Origin: a virus
Lineage: Duplodnaviria; Caudoviricetes
Length of the DNA stretch: 35,113 nt
Virus record (IMG/VR): IMGVR_UViG_3300032318_001756
Location: 1 to 35,113 of that record
Strand: one strand, 5' to 3'
Both the position numbers and the translations under genes were made by a program. This document shows positions 34,877 to 35,113 of this stretch, in pieces (within the stretch, counting starts at the first letter, position 1; every line of letters starts with the position of its first letter). The notes under the pieces are model-generated. The model saw only the letters and a list, made by a program, of their open reading frames with translations, did no database searches and was not told the origin of the DNA.

Positions 34877-34982
34877 AGTCAGGTGGCGAAAGCTATTGGT
34901 AAAGTGATGATTGATTGGAAGACATTAAGTTGACACCCATTCAATATGTAACTTAATACAGGTTCGAATCCTGTCCTGACTA
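34877..34982 (+). tRNA. tRNA-like RNA with intact acceptor stem and T-arm but no identifiable anticodon arm
   Basis: AGTCAGG/CCTGACT 7-bp acceptor stem plus discriminator A, TGGCG after the stem, ACAGG-TTCGAAT-CCTGT T-arm; 106 nt; no encoded CCA. Confidence 0.7.
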
Positions 34983-35002
34983 CAAACGAGTAAATAAAAG
35001 TT

Positions 35003-35104
35003 ATGAGGAATGAAAAGTATTGGAATGGGTTTTTACTAGGATTCTTTATTGGTGGGATAATTGGTATAATAATACTCCATTTAGTACAAAGGGGAATTTT
35101 ATAA
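35003..35104 (+). CDS. Small membrane peptide (33 aa; not in track)
   Basis: MRNEKYWNGFLLGFFIGGIIGIIILHLVQRGIL with GxxxG repeats. Confidence 0.55.
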   Translation: MRNEKYWNGFLLGFFIGGIIGIIILHLVQRGIL

Positions 35105-35113
35105 AATATAGTC

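Noticed and set aside
34877-34982. Assigning an amino-acid identity to the tRNA-like element
   Set aside because: No 5-bp stem with a 7-nt anticodon loop can be placed with confidence.
1-35113. Stop-codon reassignment, known in some crAss-like phages
   Set aside because: Terminase, portal, MCP and the 2071-aa gene are uninterrupted in the standard code and coding density is high.

Overview
This window is part of a crAss-like (Crassvirales-type) podophage genome, most likely infecting a Bacteroidota host (A-rich, Shine-Dalgarno-less start regions; TAnnTTTG-type promoters). It reads in the standard genetic code. Positions 1-27400 (minus strand) are the late packaging/virion module: small DNA-binding genes, large terminase, portal, scaffold-like protein, major capsid protein, ring/auxiliary capsid/hub-like proteins, a tail-collar fibre, a metallophosphoesterase, an IHF-like protein and a tail tubular protein. 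The tail stabilisation (muzzle) gene is split and carries Ser/Thr- and Cys-rich repeats. A cargo-like ORF missing from the ORF track runs off the left edge and carries an AT-rich ART-PolyVal-like ADP-ribosyltransferase domain. A G/C-run-rich, palindrome-containing strand switch (about 27400-27690) leads into a plus-strand, probably early, region of small genes (MYG1-like nuclease, DUF4313-like protein, a tiny lipoprotein). The most striking unexplained structure is a ~0.7 kb non-coding RNA locus (28690-29413) with two tandem twister-ribozyme folds carrying large structured inserts. A tRNA-like RNA with a non-canonical core lies at 34877-34982. CCWGG sites appear to be avoided. All protein calls come from motif recognition and gene order; no database search was run.
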